In this document: positions 58,003 to 64,000 of the stretch, in pieces
Layout of the letters: every line of letters begins with the position of its first letter
How positions within the stretch are numbered: the stretch's first letter is position 1
Assembly: GCA_051892935.1 (NCBI GenBank)
Contig: JBJFGS010000025.1
Span: forward strand, 64,001-128,000
Source: Candidatus Coprovivens sp.
GTDB lineage: Bacteria > Bacillota_I > Bacilli_A > RF39 > UBA660
DNA: 64,000 nt
Direction: 5' to 3'
Notes under the pieces: model-generated
The model's database searches: none
Told to the model about the DNA's origin: nothing
What the model saw: only the letters and a program-made list of their open reading frames with translations
Translations under genes and position numbers: made by a program

Positions 58003-59286
58003 ACGAAAAATAAATTTATAAAATCAACTATTATTCTCCTTATAGGAGGATGTCTTACTAAAATACTTGGTTTAATAATAAAAATAATATATACAAGAAA
58101 TATCGGATTAGAAGGCGTTACAATCAATTCATTAATAGCACCAACATACTCTCTTCTAATAACATTAGCAAACTTTAATATGATAGTATCAATAAGTAAA
58201 AGAATAAGTTCAAATATATCTTCTAAAAAAGTACTAATAAATTCATGTTATATAATGTTTATTTTAGACTTAATACTTATAATAATAATGTTTCTATCTT
58301 CAAAATATATTAGTATTAATCTTCTAAAAAACCCTAGTACTTATTATCCACTTCTAGCTTGTTCTCTAACACTACCCTTTATATCTATAGGATACATTAT
58401 TAAAGGATATTTCTATGGTAAACAAAATATGACACCACATATGATAAGTAACGTTTTAGAACAATTATTTCGTCTTATAATAATATCTACCTTTATTCCA
58501 AAAATAACTAAATATGGAAGTATATTAACAATTACTATATATATATTATTTAATATAATAAGTGAATCAGTATCTATCATAATATTTTTATTCTTTCTTC
58601 CTAAAAACATAAAAATTAAAAAAGAAGATTTGCAATTCAATTATAATGAAATAAAAGAAATATTAGGAATATCTATTCCCTCAATAGCAGGTCGTCTACT
58701 AGGTAATTTAGGCTTCTTTCTAGAACCAATAGTACTAACAAATATATTATCATATAAAGGTTTATCTATTAACTACATAACAACAGAATATGCAATATAT
58801 AATACATATACCATATCAACACTTTTATTCCCATCATTTTTTATAACAGCAATATCAAATTCTCTTCTACCAGAAGTATCAAATTATTATAGCAAAAACA
58901 AAATAAGCATAGTAAAAAAAAGAATTAAACAATCATTAATAATATCACTTATAATAGGTTTACTTTGTACTATAACAATAACCATTTTAAAAGAACCTCT
59001 ACTAAAAATATTATATAATACCAAAGAAGGAATAGAATACATAAATATCCTAGCCCCATTCTTCATTCTCTTTTACCTAGAATCACCATTAGTTAGCGCT
59101 TTAACAGGTATAAACAAAATAAAACATTGCACTATAATAAGTACAACTGGTATCATAATAAAACTCTTAGCAATAATAATTCTAGGATTACTAAACTTTA
59201 AAATATATTCACTTATAATAGCAGAAATAATAAATATAATATATGTTACTACATTAAACTATATAACCTTAAAAAAAGCACTATAA
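58003..59286 (+). CDS. SpoVB-like MOP flippase (polysaccharide biosynthesis family); apparent ACG start
   Basis: Frame is open from ACG 58003 (RBS GGAG 8 nt upstream), giving KNKFIKSTIILLIGG..TKILG; IKGYFYG, SNVLEQ and SLLPEVS. Confidence 0.8.
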   Translation, partial: TKNKFIKSTIILLIGGCLTKILGLIIKIIYTRNIGLEGVTINSLIAPTYSLLITLANFNMIVSISKRISSNISSKKVLINSCYIMFILDLILIIIMFLSSKYISINLLKNPSTYYPLLACSLTLPFISIGYIIKGYFYGKQNMTPHMISNVLEQLFRLIIISTFIPKITKYGSILTITIYILFNIISESVSIIIFLFFLPKNIKIKKEDLQFNYNEIKEILGISIPSIAGRLLGNLGFFLEPIVLTNILSYKGLSINYITTEYAIYNTYTISTLLFPSFFITAISNSLLPEVSNYYSKNKISIVKKRIKQSLIISLIIGLLCTITITILKEPLLKILYNTKEGIEYINILAPFFILFYLESPLVSALTGINKIKHCTIISTTGIIIKLLAIIILGLLNFKIYSLIIAEIINIIYVTTLNYITLKKAL

Positions 59287-59293
59287 GTGCTTT

Positions 59294-59926
59294 TTAAGAC
59301 TTCCTAATAATATAAATATGATTATTTTTAAAAAGAGCATAAAATATATTATCCAAAGAAATATTATTCCTTATAAGCACATCCTCTAACCACTTATAAG
59401 ATTTATTAATATATTTTAATGTATCTTTTTGTACTACACCTTCAACAATAATAGGTAAAGGTAAATTACTTTTAAGTTTAAATGGTTTATATTTAAAAAT
59501 AGATAATTCCCCATTAGTTTCTAGTAAAGCATATTCAACTTCTTCAATAGAAGAAATACCCTTTTTTCTTAATTCCAATAACAAATCATCAATAGAATAT
59601 CTTTGACTCACTAAATTCTTATATACAATCTTACCATCATTAATTATAACAGTCGGCTTCCCACCAAAAACTTTATTAACTATTCTTAATTTAACGCTTA
59701 AATATCCTAAAACAATCTCTAATACAACTAAAACTGCAATCGGTGCAATAGCAAGCCAAATACTTTGATTAGTTTTTTCAATACTTAAAGCAACCAATTC
59801 AGCTATCAAAATAGACACAATAAGATCTATTATTCCCAATTGGCCAACTTCTCTCTTACCCATAATTCTATAAGCAAATACAATAAAAAAATAAAAAAAC
59901 ACAGTTCTAAAAATAGTATCAAACAT
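59294..59926 (-). CDS. DUF421 (YrbG/YetF-like) membrane protein
   Basis: RIMGKREVGQL, GKPTVII.DG and ALLETNGELS. Confidence 0.92.
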   Translation of the reverse strand: MFDTIFRTVFFYFFIVFAYRIMGKREVGQLGIIDLIVSILIAELVALSIEKTNQSIWLAIAPIAVLVVLEIVLGYLSVKLRIVNKVFGGKPTVIINDGKIVYKNLVSQRYSIDDLLLELRKKGISSIEEVEYALLETNGELSIFKYKPFKLKSNLPLPIIVEGVVQKDTLKYINKSYKWLEDVLIRNNISLDNIFYALFKNNHIYIIRKS

Positions 59927-59993
59927 AAAATCACCTAATAATATTATGGTACTAAATAATTATTTTTAAACATAATATTAATTAGGTGATTAA

Positions 59994-60359
59994 ATGAATA
60001 TAATAAAACAATATTCTTATATACTAAAATTTATTATTTTTATACTATTAGCAACAACAACTCTAACTATAATAAATTTAATTTATCCTTTAAATAAAAC
60101 TACTAATCAAATAGTAAGTCTAATTATAATAACAATCTACTCATTAATAATAGGAATAAAAAAAGGAATAAAATGTGAAGAAAAAGCATATATAGAAGGT
60201 CTTAAACTAGGAACAATTAATATAATAGTATTATATATATTAAGTATAATTACCTTAGACTTTAGAATTACTATAAAAAGAACAATATATTACTTAATAA
60301 TTATCGGAATAACAACATTAGGAAGTATTATTGGAATAAATAAAAAAAATACTAGATAA
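59994..60359 (+). CDS. TIGR04086/YrzE-like four-TM membrane protein
   Basis: KAYIEGLKLG and LGSIIGIN; divergent from the yrbG homologue. Confidence 0.75.
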   Translation: MNIIKQYSYILKFIIFILLATTTLTIINLIYPLNKTTNQIVSLIIITIYSLIIGIKKGIKCEEKAYIEGLKLGTINIIVLYILSIITLDFRITIKRTIYYLIIIGITTLGSIIGINKKNTR

Positions 60360-60384
60360 AAAGACACAAAAGTGTCTTTTTAAA

Positions 60385-61497
60385 TCAAACTTTATTCCCA
60401 TTTTCATCAAAAGCATAAATATAATTAACGTTATTATAAATAAACATATTATTGCCTGTAATTTCTAATACCTGGTCGTTATTAAAAACGATCTTATCAT
60501 ATCCTACATCGAATTTATACAAAACATCATTATAAATGATAGTACCATCTCTTTTAATAATCAACTCATTAACTAAGATATCATCATTCTCACCTTTATA
60601 CGAACCAGTATAAGTACCAAAAGATATCCTGCGCCCTTTTACAGCAATAGCATCAACATTTTGATATTTATCTTCATCCCCAGATGAAACATACTCTTTA
60701 GAAGAATTTTCGCTCTTTAGTTTATCAATCGCAGTATTAATATCTTTTTCATAAGTGGTATATCTTCCTATAATAGTCTTCATATCAACTTCAAAATTAC
60801 TAGTATTAACTTGATAGAAAACTAATTTATATTTACCATCTACATAAGCTTTATTATATTCCTCTAATAATCTATCAGTAGTAACTTTAATATCAGAATC
60901 AAAAGCTTTACCATTAATAACCTTATCTAAACTAGTATAAGCTCCATAATCACCATTAGAAGAAATAAAAATATACCAACCAACACTTTTATCAACTACA
61001 GAATATAACATATGTAAAGAATATAAATGATAATACTTAGTACTAAAGACTTCTTTATCAGAAATATAAAAAATTTTCAAAGTATCATTATTACTCTTAT
61101 CTTGGTATTTAACCAACATTTCAGGTGTTCCATTAAAATCTAAATCAACTAAAGAAATATCATATTGTATATAATCAGACATCTCTTTTTGAATAAAAAG
61201 AGCATAAGAATCTCCCCAAGTAGTACCAGTTTCAAAAGATAAAGTACCATCTTCATTAATTAAAGAACCCCCATTATTATATTTCTTTTGCATAGAAACA
61301 AATAAAACAATAATTATACATAGAACTAATACTCCAAAAAACATAATAATAGTCTTTTTACTCTTATTAGGATTTTTTAAATTATTAACAAATACTTTTG
61401 CTTTATTAGCAATACTTTTATCATTTAGAATAGGTTCCAAAAGTTCTACACTATTACTACTTTGAGTATCTTTTTGATTATTAACATCACCATTCAT
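60385..61497 (-). CDS. Membrane-anchored hypothetical protein
   Basis: One TM helix; DLDFNGTPEM (DxDxNG calcium-loop-like). Confidence 0.65.
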   Translation of the reverse strand: MNGDVNNQKDTQSSNSVELLEPILNDKSIANKAKVFVNNLKNPNKSKKTIIMFFGVLVLCIIIVLFVSMQKKYNNGGSLINEDGTLSFETGTTWGDSYALFIQKEMSDYIQYDISLVDLDFNGTPEMLVKYQDKSNNDTLKIFYISDKEVFSTKYYHLYSLHMLYSVVDKSVGWYIFISSNGDYGAYTSLDKVINGKAFDSDIKVTTDRLLEEYNKAYVDGKYKLVFYQVNTSNFEVDMKTIIGRYTTYEKDINTAIDKLKSENSSKEYVSSGDEDKYQNVDAIAVKGRRISFGTYTGSYKGENDDILVNELIIKRDGTIIYNDVLYKFDVGYDKIVFNNDQVLEITGNNMFIYNNVNYIYAFDENGNKV

Positions 61498-61558
61498 ACT
61501 ATCACTATCCTCCTATTATATAATATCACATAATAATAAAATTTAAACAAAAAAGATA

Positions 61559-62746
<1,188 letters not shown>

Positions 62747-62829
62747 TTATAACATAAATAATATTATATTAAAACTTGCTTTTTTATAAAAAAGAATTAT
62801 AATAATCCTCGCAAAAAGGGGAAATTAAA

Positions 62830-63756
62830 ATGATATCAAATGAAATAAGTGCCGACGGAATAAAACAAAAACTATATCAAAAAGCAAGAAGTTTCAAAAA
62901 TTTCGAAAATTTAAATGAAGATGATTTAGTTAGAATATCTAAAAAAGTATATTATAAACAAGAAAGCAATCAAGAACCAACACTATTAAATCTCGTTTCA
63001 AATAAATTATCAAAATATTTAAATACATTAAGATATTTAACAAATCCACAAATTCACATAGAATTACCAAATTACGATGAAAGAATAATATATTTAATAA
63101 TGAGTTCTGACCCAGACTTAGTAATATATAAAGAATTTTTAAAAAGAAATATAACAACTATTAAAGAAATAAATAGCGAGCAAGATATCCGTAAAAAAGA
63201 AGAATTAATTGAAAAACGCAGTATTGAAATAATGGAATATCAAGCAAAAGTAAGAAGTTTAATAGGTTTTTATGATAGTCAACTATTAAAATTTGAAGAA
63301 ATATATTTTAAGAAATTTACAAGTAAATATGAATTAATTACTGATGTAAGACAAGACTACACAACAAAACTACTAGCTATCGTACCTTTATTCAAAAATC
63401 TATCTCCATTAAGTCAAAAAAGATATAAAGAATTACAAGAAAAAGCAACAATATGGCTTAATGAAACACACGCAATAAATAATTTACACACAGTTGCATA
63501 TAGTTGCAATATCCAAAAAGAAACTATAGGTTTAAATAGTATATTAGAACAATTAGTATTTTTCATACTAGTTGCCGATCCTAATTTAAAATGTCTTCAA
63601 ATATACGAAGAAGAATCAAAAATGAGCGAAGTACAAAGAAGAATAGAAGAAGAATTTGGTTATTATAACATTAACTTAATATTATTAGAAAAAATATACC
63701 ATCAAGCTTTTTGTCCTGATAAAGAATTAAGTCCATGGACATTAAAAAAACAATAG
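62830..63756 (+). CDS. Hypothetical protein with internal duplication
   Basis: ERIIYLIMSSDPDL...IGFYDSQLLKFEEIY versus EQLVFFILVADPNL...FGYYNINLILLEKIY. Confidence 0.7.
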   Translation: MISNEISADGIKQKLYQKARSFKNFENLNEDDLVRISKKVYYKQESNQEPTLLNLVSNKLSKYLNTLRYLTNPQIHIELPNYDERIIYLIMSSDPDLVIYKEFLKRNITTIKEINSEQDIRKKEELIEKRSIEIMEYQAKVRSLIGFYDSQLLKFEEIYFKKFTSKYELITDVRQDYTTKLLAIVPLFKNLSPLSQKRYKELQEKATIWLNETHAINNLHTVAYSCNIQKETIGLNSILEQLVFFILVADPNLKCLQIYEEESKMSEVQRRIEEEFGYYNINLILLEKIYHQAFCPDKELSPWTLKKQ

Positions 63757-63775
63757 AAACAAATTTCTATTGTTT

Positions 63776-64000
63776 TTATTTAGCTAATTTTTTAACACTA
63801 TTTTTATTCTTTAATCCTAAAAACAATTTTTTACCAACAAATTTAACAGCTACAATAATATATGCACATGATAATAATAAATCAACACAGTTTAAGACTT
63901 TAGCAACCGGTAAATCAGGATAATTACTTAAATCAATTTCAATAGTACCAGCAACATACTCAGAATCCACCTTATCAATAAAATCATCACCAAATACAGA
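63776..64000 (-). CDS. 3' end of a gene starting beyond the window; C-terminal TM helix and basic tail
   Basis: Frame is open to the window edge; LLLSCAYIIVAVKF followed by a K-rich end. Confidence 0.55.
   Translation of the reverse strand, partial: SVFGDDFIDKVDSEYVAGTIEIDLSNYPDLPVAKVLNCVDLLLSCAYIIVAVKFVGKKLFLGLKNKNSVKKLAK

Overview
Very AT-rich chromosomal segment of a Bacillota bacterium using the standard genetic code (TGA is a stop). Gene content suggests an uncultured gut Bacilli lineage such as RF39; that placement is inference. The window spans the likely terminus region: a dif site at 30420-30447 and a xerD-like gene sit where gene orientation flips from mostly + to mostly -. Left half: a truncated surface protein with a eukaryote-like ubiquitin domain; a dlt-like acylation operon (adenylation enzyme, fold-III PLP decarboxylase, ACP, MBOAT, SGNH protein, AcpS); a 192-bp MITE with a 32-bp target duplication; a decayed IS3/IS150 element; and a tightly coupled four-gene operon (membrane coiled-coil protein, unannotated 58-aa peptide, helical protein, Ycf46-like AAA+ ATPase). 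A non-coding array of five covarying hairpin modules lies just before dif. Right half: housekeeping genes in B. subtilis-like order (tgt, yrzE, yrbG, spoVB, comN, rel, dtd, T-box-hisS-asnS-aspS-gatCAB, 6S RNA, tcdA, rarA), interspersed with lineage-specific hypothetical genes. All calls come from reading motifs by eye; no database search or folding program was run.
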